Shown piece after piece: positions 1-13,746 of a stretch of DNA of 64,000 bases; position 1 is the stretch's first letter; each line of letters opens with the position of its first letter. The notes below the pieces were generated by a model. It worked only from the letters and a program-made list of their open reading frames with translations. It made no database searches and was not told the origin of the DNA. The position numbers and the translations under genes are program-made. Source of the DNA: Lytechinus pictus (Eukaryota); the NCBI RefSeq assembly GCF_037042905.1, contig NC_087251.1, positions 46,068,001-46,132,000 on the forward strand, in the 5' to 3' direction.

Positions 1-349
1 GGTCCAAAATATGAACAAAAATTGACCCATTTCCATGTTCATAATACTCTCCTAGTATTAACAGTTGCCTCACTTTGTCCAATTCTGGGCATTACTATAT
101 ATTGGTCATTTTCAAAAATTACAAACAAAAGTGGGGATGGAATAAATGATTATATTCTCTAACCCCAAGCACCAATGAGTCAACAGCTGGAAAAATTGCA
201 TGAACATTGACATCTGTCCATAGATATAGGCCTATATAACTATACAATTACTTTATCACCTTTTTGGCCAAAACAGAAATTATGACTGCTGCTTTCTGGG
301 AAATCTTTCATAATGGATACTCAATGATTGAATGAATAGAAATAAGTAT

Positions 350-355
350 TTTATT
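350..355 (-). other. Possible polyadenylation signal of the TRIM9-like gene (3' UTR about 2.1 kb)
   Basis: AATAAA on the minus strand downstream of the stop codon; AT-rich context makes it weak evidence. Confidence 0.2.
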
Positions 356-1334
356 ATACCATGTATTCAACTATATTCTACTAAATTATTATTCAGTCAG
401 TTTAAAAAAAAAACAATTTTGTTCCCGTAAAATGACAATTCCAATATGGGAGAACTATAAGATTCTACAAAGTGATTGAAATAAGAACAAGAATTTACCC
501 CAATATGAGGTAAACAAAAACATAATAATTTCAGTGAAAACTTTTCAAGTATACTATAAGAATGATAAATACAATCATGAACAATACAACAGCCATGTAT
601 CATAAATGATAAATTCATTTCATGCACACATGTACTCATATAAATAGGGGATATATAAATAAAAGTAATAACACAATACACTTTTTTAAATGCAAATTGA
701 GTCATTATCTCACAGGATGATGACAATGATTGCTACTTTTGGTAACAGATTGAATGACAGGTCATGAATTCATGGAAAGAGTTCGTAAATTGCATCTTGA
801 TAGTAGAGAATAGAGACGAAACACTATCAGAGTATTGAAAATCAACAGATTTATATAACTTTAGATTACACAATAATAATAATGTGCTAATTTCATTGAC
901 TTCCATTCTTGGAAAATGAAAGCAATGACCTATGTACAGTAATAAAAAAAGTATTTTGATCGTGCAGCTCTCTTCCACACAATCCTTCAAAAACGTTTTT
1001 ATCATGTGCAATATTTTTTAATAACTGTTTCTATGAAGCATGCAGGGAATATGCTATTCTATGTACATATAAATACTTATGGCAAATGGCCAATTAAGCA
1101 ATTTTACTGGATGAATTTTGCTATCTATTTCATTCTGGAGGGATGGATATTATTCGTCTTCTTCATAAAAAAGCACCATTAAAGCAACTCATAAATACTT
1201 TACATAGATATACAAAAGAAAGAATATATTCAAGGGTTAAATCATCATTCAATCAATCTATAAAAAAAAATCTGCCTCCATAACTTTGGTAATACGCTAC
1301 AATGCAAACATGTGTGTCAAGAAGACAAACTTCA

Positions 1335-1493
1335 GGGGAGAGTTTCATCAACATTTTCGTTCGACAAATAGTCAGATCTGATATCTCTCCTTGATTCTGA
1401 TAGGCTAAGAAGCATTTTCACCATGGCAACTGTTGGATAAAATGGTACCTGTGGGATAAAACGTCTGACAAATCCTTTCATGAAATGCTTCCC
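1335..1493. mobile_element. Short MITE (GGGGAG..TTTCAT terminal inverted repeat family)
   Basis: ggggagagtttcatca ... tttcatgaaatgcttccc; internal ccttgattctgataggct core shared with the other copies. Confidence 0.6.
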
Positions 1494-2074
1494 AGTTTCT
1501 TTGGTTATTTTTAGGTTTTACTGTCGATTGTCATAAATTATAATCTATTCCTTGGTTGGATAATTAAAAATGATTAAATAATTTTTTTTCTTAAATGCAC
1601 TGTTAAAGTTAAACCTGGGAATGAATTTGCAATAATTAGTAAGAGACATTTATGCGTACTTCTTACCATAAATGGGATTTTTTTTTTCTTAAATGCACTG
1701 TTAAACCTGGGAATGAATTTGCAATAATTAGTGGCAAGAGACATTTATGCGTACTTCTCACCATAAAATCCAGGATTTTCCAAAAGGAACATTTGCCCAA
1801 TGAAACTGGCTAGATGTAGTATAAATCCAAATGTAAGCTGGTACGTCTGTATTCTTGTAACTCGGGCGACGTTTTTGTGATTTTTTATCTGTAAAGTACA
1901 TTCTACTGATTGTACAGAAATGAGATTAGATCTGTATGTTTCCCCTTATTAGCATTTGGGATGTAAAATTCAACACATTTCAAGGAAATTTCAAGGAAAA
2001 TCTGATTTACTGAATGTTTTCTGATCAAAATGGGAAAACAAAACAAGTGCTGTTGATTGAAACACTTTGATCTA

Positions 2075-2210
2075 GGGAGCATTTCATGAAACAGACAGTG
2101 AGAGATTTTCACTGACTATTGTTATAAGCTACTGAAATCCTTGCATCTGATTGGCTCACAGCAAATTTGTTAGTGAAAGTCAATGACTATTTGTTTCATG
2201 AAACACTTCC
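2075..2210. mobile_element. Short MITE, same family
   Basis: gggagcatttcatgaaac ... gtttcatgaaacacttcc; core ataagctactgaaatccttgcatctgattggct is identical to the copy at 8634. Confidence 0.7.
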
Positions 2211-2461
2211 AAGGTACAACAAGAATTTAATTTAGATAATCAGCCACTGCAATATTGAATATCTATTGAGAGTGTAGAAAAGGTGCATTTAACATGTGCC
2301 AGGAATGAACTCATATTTGCTCCAACGGAAGGTATTCTACATAATTACAGATAAGTTATCACATGAAGCCACTTCCGTTGATCACGAATGACCATTTCAT
2401 CGATAAAACTGCACTAACTCTGCTTTTTACAAATAGAAATTTATACATTTGTCTAGGAATT

Positions 2462-3025
<564 letters not shown>

Positions 3026-4869
3026 TTAGAATAATAATGAACTGGTATAATTTTTACACAGCAAATCTTTTGAGTACGTGTGTTTGTGTACGTGTGTATC
3101 AATTAGACATGTTTTACTTCTGGGACTGACCTTAAGAATGAGAAAGGTCAATTGATAAAAATACCTTTGATCAGGGGCATAAATGCTGTGGCTGGGTCAA
3201 ATTTCAGATGTGTAGTACAATGGTGTCTCCTCAAGTTATTGAAACGACCTTCTTTGATCCATCAACATGGAAATAATTCATTCAAATAATAGCAAATCAG
3301 TTCTTTCCTTGTCTTTAACTTATTCAATTATCTATCTCAAATGTGATTTGATACTATGATCGTTATTATCTCTATTGACAAATACCAACTCCAGCACGGC
3401 CCATTTTCTGTCTTAAGTACCACTGCTCTCTACAGTTTACAAAGTGAAACACTAGAGTGCCCTCTTTCTTCACATTTTGAACAGTTGCAAACAACGCCAC
3501 TTTAACATGCTCATCCCTCTTGGCTATTCATGAGTGAACACAATGAGATAAGGTCCCTTGTGAGATAGCTTTGATTGTTAAGAAAGAGAAGTCCTTCAAA
3601 TTTACTACAACAAAGAAAACTGTCACCTATTACCCAAACATAACTATGCCTGTTTGGGTTCGAAACTGGGGCTTAACCTAAACCCAAGCTGTTGCACTCA
3701 ACGAGATTTAACTGACAAGAAATACAATTTGAACATATGCAGTACTTTATAAATAAAGAGTAAACACAGTTTAACTGTAGTCAGCTTCTCTTCTACAGTG
3801 TTAATATAGTATATTCCAATCATGATTATCATTATTCTGACGACCCGAAAATCCATCAACACTGAGCTAAAAACCCATTAAAATACTAGTACTCAGTGAA
3901 CAATATGAGTACCAGATGATACAAAACAAATAAATTGTAAAACTCTCCATACTCTGCATAATACAACTTTGAGAATTTCTGTTTTAAACATTGATTTTTT
4001 TTAAATAGATAAAATACAAGTAGACTGTTAGGTACTCAGAGAGTGTTCCAAACTATGGTATGATTTACTGTGAAAATTTATGAATTTATAGAAATATCTA
4101 CATTAAACTCTAAATCTGTTAGTAATATGATGTAATTAGTTACCCTGCTAAAAAGCCGTAAAGATTAGAAAAGAGAAGAGTATATGACACACAAAGTAAT
4201 TTGTTTCTTGTACATAAAAGCATGAAAAATTATGCATTCTTAAAAACATAATTACTCAACTGCACATTTGCTAAACATTATTTTTACTATACAAAATAAT
4301 GACAATAAGACATTTGGTGTCACCAATGCCCTTACAACTTGTCAAAAACTATCAATGCTTTATATTAAAAAATATATAAAAAGACTCTTATAAGAGCAAT
4401 CATACTTGAAACTGGGACTTCCAATTGGAATTTTTAAAAGTTTATGAGTCGTACCAGGTCCGTTGTAGAATCTACATCTAGTTGCCTTGAAAACAAATTA
4501 CCTATCGATTGTCTTGTACATTTGCAAGCATTTAGTTCCAATAAAACAATTATATGAAACATTATGTCTTGCGATTGTACTTGATTTCAAAGTTCAGCAT
4601 AATAAGTTCCTCTATATTCAAAACTTCCATTAAAATTTCTAGAGCTTAAAATAAGTCAACCATGTGTTTACTATGGCAAAAGCCTCCATTATATTGCACA
4701 AATCCTATTCTAATCCTATGAACTTTTGTGTACAATGGTAAAGCTGCTTGAAAAGGAAAAGTGCTTTAATTTTTTCTTTAGAGACCATTCCTACTGTAAT
4801 ATGATAAATCAATTCAAGTAATTAATTGAAATAAACACCATAACCTTGCACTACTTATATAATTGAGCA

Positions 4870-5300
4870 TTGGGGAAAGAGGGGGGGGGGCAGAGAGAAA
4901 GGCAAGAGGGGAGAAAAAGAGCGAGAGTTAATGAAAGTGAAGGGAAAAACAAAAAGATGAGATTTAAAAAAAAGAGTGAAAATGATAGCACAGAAAAGAG
5001 ACAAGAGAGAGAGATAGAGATAGATGAAGATAAGAGATAGATATGAAAAAAGAGAGAACACAAAAAACAGAACAAGGAATAAGAATACAGAGACAGAACA
5101 GAGAGCAAGGGGTGCAGAGGAAGGAGATACTAGATAGTAGAATGCAGTTGGAGAGAGAGAAGAGAAGGGAGAAAGAAGAGAGAGAGAAAGAAGAGGAGTA
5201 AGGAAGTCAGAACGTGATTTAATTCCAGGCTAAAGTTAAAAAGATAGAAGAAATAAGAGAAAGGAGAAAGAAGAGAGTGGAACCAAGATAGATGAGAAAG
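4870..5300. repeat. GA-rich low-complexity tract
   Basis: Purine-rich imperfect (GA)n/(GAA)n runs. Confidence 0.8.
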
Positions 5301-6182
5301 AAGTCAGAAGGCCCCTCTCCGTACTCATTCATGTACATTGTTGCTAGGCTAGCAACATATTCATTGATAAGAACTCCCAAAGCTGATTGATCTGCAAAGT
5401 TTGTACTCAGAGAAGCCTGCACAGTGCCATCTCCCACTGAGAAAGATATAATAGGAGAAAGCTCTTGAAGATAATGGAAGAGGGGAATAGCGTGCAATTG
5501 GAAAGTAAACATAGCAGGGTTGGTAGGGGAAGGGTACAGAAGAGTACAGAGAGGCCATAGGCTTTTCTCGATTCCTATTAAAGAGAACAGCCAATAAGAT
5601 TAAAATAGAGATCTTCCACTCAATGGAATGGGTATTTTAAAATGGAGAATAAACGGTAAACCAATCGAAGGTACATCCTATTAACTTCCAGATGATGGGC
5701 ATCTTGTAACTTCAGGCATTTTTCAAAAATGCATTAGATGGATATATTCGGTTACCTATAATTCAAGAGCAGCTACAATTCTTTAATTTCTTTTGAAATG
5801 TTGCCAGCGATGGCCCATAAACAGAGATTTCAAGGTGGAAATAAAGGAAAAAAAACAGCTTAATAATATACACACAGGAAAAATTAAGAATAACTTTAAA
5901 AGACCAAGAATTTGTGTCACAAAAGAATATGTATGGTAGCTGTGTTTAAGGTAAAGAAAAGAAATTGATATTGTGGTTAGCACTCAACATGCAATGTTTA
6001 GTAAACTGATCAATCTCCAGTATCCACTGTTCCTCACACAATATAGTAATCTGAAAATTTGTATAAAGGAATAATTAGGTCCCAGTATTATGGATGACAT
6101 TGTTCACAGATTTGTGAAAGTGGCTCTGTAGAAGAGAATGTGAATTGTGAAAAGTGGACTACATGATCCTGTTTGACCTTAC

Positions 6183-6236
6183 CCATGTAACTTCTTGCTG
6201 TGTACATACAAACTCTTGAATGGAACAAGGTGATTC
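6183..6236 (-). CDS. Candidate 54-nt cassette exon between FN3 and SPRY (GITLFHSRVCMYTARSYM)
   Basis: tttgttttgtttag|GA...TGG|gtaagg; open and frame-preserving in phase 1. Confidence 0.4.
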
Positions 6237-7006
6237 CTAAACAAAACAAATATTTTCAACAACATACTTTCTTATTCTCTTCTTTCACACATTTCTAAAA
6301 GGACAAGTTGGTTAATTCTACAGGTCAAAAACAAACCAAAGTTCTCAAATTATGCTGTCCTTATGAAGTGACAGTTTTAAAGGATGAGAAAGACACATCA
6401 ATTTACAGTAAAGGATATAAATATTTGTACATGAGAGGATGGCAATTCAAATACACAACTACACTGGACAACATTGTTTTGACAGTCAATACATGGGAAT
6501 TGCTATTTATATTGCTATTCAATTGTTGTTTTTCATTGAGATGGTTAAAATATTGAATAACTGATACAGGCCTACAAATATTGAATGATATCAAAATATT
6601 GAATGATTATTCAGGAATGGGTCTCATAATTTATCTGCCCCCAAAAAATAAAGTGAGAAAGAAAGATAAATTACATAAATAAATTTTTGTAAAAATCAAT
6701 CAATAAATAAAATAATCTAATGATTAAAAAATAATGCACAAGATGCTGTCTTCTACTTTCTGAATACAAAAAACACAATTTTTTTTTTTAATGTAAAGCA
6801 AAGTCAAACCTACATCACATGCTAAGCTTTCAGAAGCAAATCGAAAGACAAACCATAGAAATGGAAAGACAAAACTTGAAAGAAATTGACACCCGCTAAT
6901 GCTTACATGCGAGGAAAATTAACCTTCAGTCTACAGGGAAAAGATGGTCCTATGCAAAGTCTAGGGATATGATGAAATTCAGTAGTCTACGGTGGTTAAA
7001 CAAGGA

Positions 7007-7293
<287 letters not shown>

Positions 7294-7372
7294 CTAAAAA
7301 CAGATATACCAAGGACAATAGGTCATCATTGATGTTTTAATAATTTATATCATATTATAATTATGATAAATA

Positions 7373-7561
7373 CAGTCAAACCTTTTTTGCAGCCACCCTG
7401 TCTATAGTGAAAACCTGTCTATAGTGGCCACTAAAATTGTCCCCCATTGAAAGAAATATGTGTTACAGAACCTATCGATAAATGCCACCTGTCTACTGTA
7501 ACAGTGGTCACTTTTTCTGCTTCCCTTGGGTGACCGTGACCTTAATAGACTGGTTTGATTG
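7373..7561. mobile_element. Tc1/mariner-type MITE
   Basis: TA|cagtcaaacc ... ggtttgattg|TA; internal cctgtctatagtg repeats. Confidence 0.65.
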
Positions 7562-8633
7562 TATTAACTATTAAATTTTTCTACTTTCTCAGCTTTTTGA
7601 TGATTTTTTTAAGGGAAAATGATTTATAAACACATGCATAATCATCCTTATCACCAAATCAAAATTAATAAAACTGTAAAGAGGAAAAACAGATAAATAA
7701 TACTACTACCACTATATTGAAGGTACATACAAATCACAAAATTTGTTTCTTTATTTGTCAATGTCATCTGCTTATTTCTTTGGTTTTTGCCAGTTCCTAC
7801 TCCAAATGAATTGGTAGGAGAAAAGTTTAGGGAGTCATAACACCAACTTGTCAATGTTTACTCCTCTCACAAACTAGTTTGATTAGTCTGCCTAAACAAT
7901 TCAAAACCCACAAACACCAATACAATAACCACTACATACCCCAAGAGTGACAAATATTGTTTTTATTCCCCCATTTTGTACTATATGCAACAGAAAGGTG
8001 TTTGAGAAGCAAAGCAATGCACTGCTTTGTGGATGAGTGGTACAGTGAAAGAAGGTGTGATAATTGTACAAGAAAAACTAAGAAACCAAATCTTTTGTGT
8101 TTCTACCTCCTTTGTTGTTGTATCAATTATATAGCAATTTTGATTGTAGAGGCAAGATATGACGGGCTGTCAATCAAATGATTTTTAGAAAAATATTTTG
8201 CTGGGAAATTATAAGAAATATAGAGCAGAATGTAATGAAGTGTCGTTGCAATTTCACCCTTCAAACACTCAGAATGAATTGAAAAGTTTGTCCGAACTAA
8301 TTCCCACAAAGTTAGAGTAAGTGGTCTCTGATCTGTAATTTCAGTTTCATTCCGTTTTTATTTCTAAATCATCCAGTAAAGACCCCCAAAATTATCCTTT
8401 CAAATTGATGAATATAGTAGATTAATATAGAGTACTGTCAATGGGTTTATTGAAATTTTGTTACTCAAATTTTAAGACAACATCAGAGGATTGGGGGATG
8501 TAGGGTGGGACCTAGTTTTATACCCATGGGCTTTTTGTACTGCAAATATGAGTTTGTATTGTACTATTCAGATTTGTGACCAAAGTACACATTTAAGGAG
8601 AAATTATCCTCTTAACAGGTAAACGTCTATCCA

Positions 8634-8770
8634 GGGGAGTACTTCATGCATGAATATTCAGTGATTTTCACTGATAAATGTTATAAGCTACTGAAATCCT
8701 TGCATCTGATTGGCTCAGAACAAATTTGTCAGTGAAAATCCTCGACTACTTGTCTCATGTAACACTCCCC
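8634..8770. mobile_element. Short MITE, same family
   Basis: ggggagtacttcatg ... catgtaacactcccc; shared core. Confidence 0.7.
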
Positions 8771-8885
8771 TATTGGTTATTACCACATGTTTGCCAATGG
8801 TTGACCCTTTTTATTCCAAGCTTTCATGAAAGAAACAAATGATATATGAAACAAATGATAATAGAGATATGAAGGAACCACTAAC

Positions 8886-9025
8886 CCTGAACTCTCCGTT
8901 ATTGCCATCATCTAGCTCGAGTACATATCCCTCAACCCAGCTGGAAGGGTGAGCTTGCCATGCGATGGTAACACTATTATTCTCTGCACTGCAGTCTGAT
9001 GGGATGATATTGGGTGCTTCAGGAG
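8886..9025 (-). CDS. TRIM9: TRIM9/67-like exon, N-terminal half of FN3 (PEAPNIIPSDCSAENNSVTIAWQAHPSSWVEGYVLELDDGNNGEFR)
   Basis: 140 nt, gtttttgcag|CT...TTCAGG|gttagt. The GYVLELDDG motif is typical of TRIM9 FN3; phase 1 to 0. Confidence 0.95.
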
Positions 9026-9619
9026 CTGCAAAAACACAAACAATTACACAAATCTAGTTAGATTGGAGTTCATACATTCAATTTTGAAGGTAGAATATCA
9101 ATGTTTAATTGGTAATAAATAAAAAGTTTGAAAGAAATGAATGGGGTGGTGCAATGTTTTGAAGGTATAGCTAATAGTAAGAATAGTTAGAAAAAACTCA
9201 TCAAAGTGCACATTTCTTGGCAAAATGGTAATATATAGAGGTTGAAAATAACGTATAGGGAGGTACAAGTTTTCAATGCCACCAAACTTTACCGAAGACA
9301 GTATTCAGAATAGTAAAAAAAAAACCAAAACAACCATAAAAAATGCACATTCCTTGGCCAAATGTAATAAATAAAGAGTTTGAAAATACCTTATGGGGTA
9401 GGGCAACTTTCTAAGCCACCAAACCATAGCCAATATTCAGAATAGGTGAAAAAATACATAAAAAGGAAAACTCCTTGGCTAAATAATATGGCAGTATGAC
9501 AAGCCCCTTCCAAATTCAAATTGTTTATCAAATGCATCGGTTACATGCCATCACAACAATAAATTTACTTTTCCATTTTCCATTTAAAAAGTGTGACATA
9601 CGTTTGCTTTAGCTATATA

Positions 9620-10439
9620 CAGTGCGTCCCACAAAAAACGAAACCGAGATTTATCGATGATTTATCATAACTTAATAACAAACACAATAGACAAATGACC
9701 TACCATTGTAAAGCTTAGAATCTCCTCTTTCATCTGAAATTACTTAGATTATTTTTCATTCACGCATGAGTGAGCAAAAACAATTTGAAGAGGGGATACC
9801 AAAAAGTCATTTGGCGGGCTGTATCTGAGTTTCAAAAAGAAAACCACATTTTTTAAAAGTTCAATATCTGCTCTTTAATTTGATACCTCAATTACAGAAA
9901 ATGGTCAAGAAATAACATAGTTCTGGTTATTTAAAATAAGGCTTAATTTTCAATAATTTCATCAAATGAAGAGGTTTTACAGGCTAGCGTTCAAACTCAC
10001 TCGACACTCCGTTTTGTTGACGATCAGCCATGCATTAAGTCTTTTGTTAACCATGCAATAGCTTCTGTGGGAAATCGGTGAAAACACGTTTATTTCATGA
10101 AATTATGGAAATACCAGCATTGTTTCGAGGGAACATAACTTTTTTAATTCTTGACCATTTTTGGTGATTAAGGTATCAAATGAAAGAGCAGATATTGAAC
10201 TTCTTGGCATGTGATTTTCTTTTTGAAATTCAGATACCCCCCAACAAATGAGTTTTTGGCATCCTTTCCTCAAATTGTTTTTGCTCACTCATGCGTGAAT
10301 GATGAATAATCTAAGTTTTATCAAATGAAAGAGGAGATTCTAAGCTTTAGATTGGTAGGTCATTTGTCTATTGTATTTGTGATTAAGTTATGATAAATCG
10401 TCGCTTAATCTCGGTTTCGTTTTTTTCTGGGACGCACTG
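9620..10439. mobile_element. Non-autonomous Tc1/mariner-type element with long terminal inverted repeats
   Basis: TA|CAGTGCGTCCCA..AAAAAACGAAACCGAGATT ... AATCTCGGTTTCGTTTTTTTCTGGGACGCACTG|TA; inverted similarity extends about 300 bp; no transposase ORF. Confidence 0.9.
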
Positions 10440-11929
10440 TATAACTTGCAGTCACATCCAAATGGTACATTAAGATACATTACAATGTCCAAGACAAAGA
10501 CATTTTATTCACAAAAGTCTGAAAAACACTTACATGAACATGACAGAACCAAGTTGAAAAAACATTCAAAAAATAATAGGACAACAAATGCAATAAAGAA
10601 GTCATAATTGAGCAAAAATCCACTACAATGATGAGCTTCTATCACATTGCTATCAAAGAAAACTTGGAATAGATGCATTTTTCACAAATTAAATACAACT
10701 CCATATCAATAGATTAAAATAATTTTCATCAAGCAGTAGCTACAATCAGTAACTATGATTAGATTTTTAGTGAACATCAAATATGTTTTGAACATTAGAA
10801 GAAGAAATGGATGGAAATGCCATTTCGAAGCATTCATGCCATTCAAAGTAAAAAAAAAAAGCAATTCAAACAAAATGAAAGTGGATCCTGTTTGCAAAGG
10901 GGAACATTATCCGTGAGACATGAAAACATGATATGACAGGGCGGCTGATCGGTAGAGAGAAAAGAACAGAGACGGCAAAGCTACACCATGAATGAGACAT
11001 GAAGATGACACAGAGATGCAAATATACAGACACCGATACAAGAAACAGAAAATGTGGGGCAGGAAAGAGGATAGCCGCTACACAGAGAGATAATCGACCA
11101 TCGTCGTCGGATCAATGCAGGGTATCATGCTCCCATGTCCCCCTCGGAAGGCAGGGTGCTGTATCTATACAAGATGTCTGCCGCATTGCTGCCATCATCG
11201 GGTTACACCCAACAGTGGTTTCTCAGGAGATGGAGACTTTTTTTTACAGAATGTCAAGAGAAAGTTATTCAGAATTGAACAGGGGGGGGGGGGGGAGGAG
11301 GGTGCATCCATACAGAGGATTTTTCCTGATTTAAAATCTTTTAAAAAATAAATAAAAAAACTTGCTGAAGAATTTTGTTGTTCTTAGAAGATGTCTATTC
11401 TATCATTCTATGGCCTGTTTCAGATTTTTCCCCCTGAAAATTAGCCTCTCCAGCTAAGCTTCAGTGTGGTATACCAAATTTACTACACCCAAACAATAAT
11501 CAAAGATAGGATTTTAAAAGAGATCCTGAAAACGGAAAAATAACCTCATAAAATCCCTCCAGCACCATCTATGCATGGACCTTCCATGATCTATGTTTGG
11601 TGGAGGCATAATAAGGTTTTAACTTTTGCAACCAGGATAATATTATCTAATCTTAATAACTACTTTTCTAGAGAGGGGGAAGGGGTCATACAATCTATCC
11701 CATCCATTTATACAGCTCTGTATTCATCCCATTTATAGAAAGTATATCACATATCTACATGTAATTTCACCTCCAAAAGAATTATGAATTGGATATTTAT
11801 GAAGAAGAGGTCTAGCACTTCCAATTAGTGTTTGATAGCTACTAAAAATCGTGTGTTTCTCTGATAGCAAAAGAAGTTTTTCTTCTTTGCTTTTTCATTA
11901 CCAATTTTGAATGGATGATTTATTGTGTT

Positions 11930-12240
11930 TCCGGATAAGATCAGAGTAGAATTTGGTATGGATGCACTCAAATTGAAAGGTTTCTGGATAAAATCAGAGT
12001 AGAACCTGGTATTGACACACTCACACTGAGATGGTTTCTGGATAAAATCAGGGTAGAATCTGGTATTGACACACTCACACTGAGATGGTTTCTGGATAAG
12101 ATCAGAGTAGAACCTGGTATTGACACACTCACACTGAGATGGTTTCTGGATAAAATCAGGGTAGAATCTGGTATTGACACACTCACACTGAGATGGTTTC
12201 TGGACAAAATCAGGGTAGAATCTGGTATGGACACACTCAA
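11930..12240. repeat. 54-bp minisatellite, about 5.5 copies
   Basis: Unit cacactcacactgagatggtttctggataaaatcag(g/a)gtagaa(t/c)ctggtattga; appears as an 18-aa repeat in ORF 11825-12364. Confidence 0.92.
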
Positions 12241-13728
12241 AGCCCTTTAGGAAGAAACTGAGGGAAACTAAAAACTCAAGGTTTGATGGGACCGATCGAT
12301 GGCCCGGTGAAGGGAAAGCAGGCTGACAGAATTGAGATGAATCGAACATCGACATGGTAGACAAAATCAGAACAACTTCCCCCCATGTCAGAAACAGAGA
12401 AAAATTAGGAGGTAGGCCCTATAATTCCAGTGGTAGTGAGGGTTTCCGACAGCAAAAGGGTTAAATTTTGCCACTAGCGTGGCCGCAGCTATGGGTCTAC
12501 ACTGTAATGTCAAAAGTGACGGGGTTGTTAACTCATTGATTCCAAAGTTTCCTACAAGAGGTATTGCTCTGATCATTAGAGTCGCTATAGTTAGCAATGC
12601 ACAAGCCACTTTTTACTTTAATTAAAGAGTAAGCGAACTGGCTAAAATCATATGTAGCCTCTTATAGACTAGTCTATACCTTTTGAGAAAGAATAAATTA
12701 GCCTATGATTTTATTTTTATAGAGAAACTAAAATGTTTTCGAGAGAAGTAGTTGTTTTCCTACTTGGTAACATATTTCTAGTATAAATGTATTGAGTAGA
12801 GATAAATTTTTTACATCATTCTAGTGGGCCTATATTACAAGACTACATTGCTCAGAAATCGGAATTCTGCATTATGGGTTCGGAACCTGGCCAGATTTGA
12901 GTAGTTGACGACTAGAGGCTATTGGTTTGTACATGGCTTTAAGACAATTTTCTCAACTCAATCTGCAGGTATGCTAGACTGATCCATTCTAGAGGCTAAT
13001 CACTTTCATAGACCTAAAAAAAACGAGAATGCAAGTGCAGGAGAATGACAGGACGTGACTTTCTCATCCAAAAGATCTAATCATTTTGAAAATGAGGATC
13101 TATAGATTCACACTTACATTTACACATACTATCCACAGATCAATATCCAACTATACACAAAATAAAAATAAAAACATGAATGATTGCAATATCAATGACA
13201 TTGTAAACTGATATTTGACGGCAAAAACAAACAGACAACACTTGATAAAATTTCAAACAGAAAATGACTGTAAATATACAAAAATAGCATTTGACCATGA
13301 CACAACAGACATTTATACGACATTTGATGCAACAGCGTATTTTTTTACTCTGGCAGTCAATTTCTTTTTTTTTATTTCCCCCTTTTTTGTCTACTTATTA
13401 AATGTCAGCAATATTTGGGATTAAAAACTGCTTGAAATGAATCGGTTCAAATTAATTTGTTCACTTTCCAAATATTTGATTTCTTTCTTAAACGTTGAAT
13501 CACAAATTCTTAAAATTTCATATCATTAATAATATGATAAAAATAATGTTAAAATTGTATTTAAAAAAATCAAAATCTTACAGGTAACTAAAAGGAGGAA
13601 TATGTCAGAGATGTTTTAAGTTTTTTTAAATGTAAAACACAAAGCATTAAACATAAACAAACACTAGAACTGATACGATACATGCATCAATATCAATGCT
13701 CTAGTTACATGTTCAGATTGAGTCTTAC

Positions 13729-13746
13729 CCTTAGTCATATCCATGC
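13729..13746 (-). CDS. Candidate 18-nt microexon between the COS and FN3 exons (adds 6 residues: EMK-RMDMTK-APEAP)
   Basis: ttttctttgttatttttgcacatctaag|GCATGGATATGACTAAGG|gtaaga; frame-preserving in the phase-1 intron. Confidence 0.55.

Noticed and set aside
10706..10897. Phase-1-compatible acceptor (tttgcaaacag|GA) opening a hydrophobic frame
   Set aside because: Runs through a poly-T tract, has no donor and looks like chance.
11825..12364. 179-aa ORF with Cys-containing 18-aa repeats
   Set aside because: Explained by a 54-bp minisatellite; no convincing in-phase splice sites or recognisable domain.
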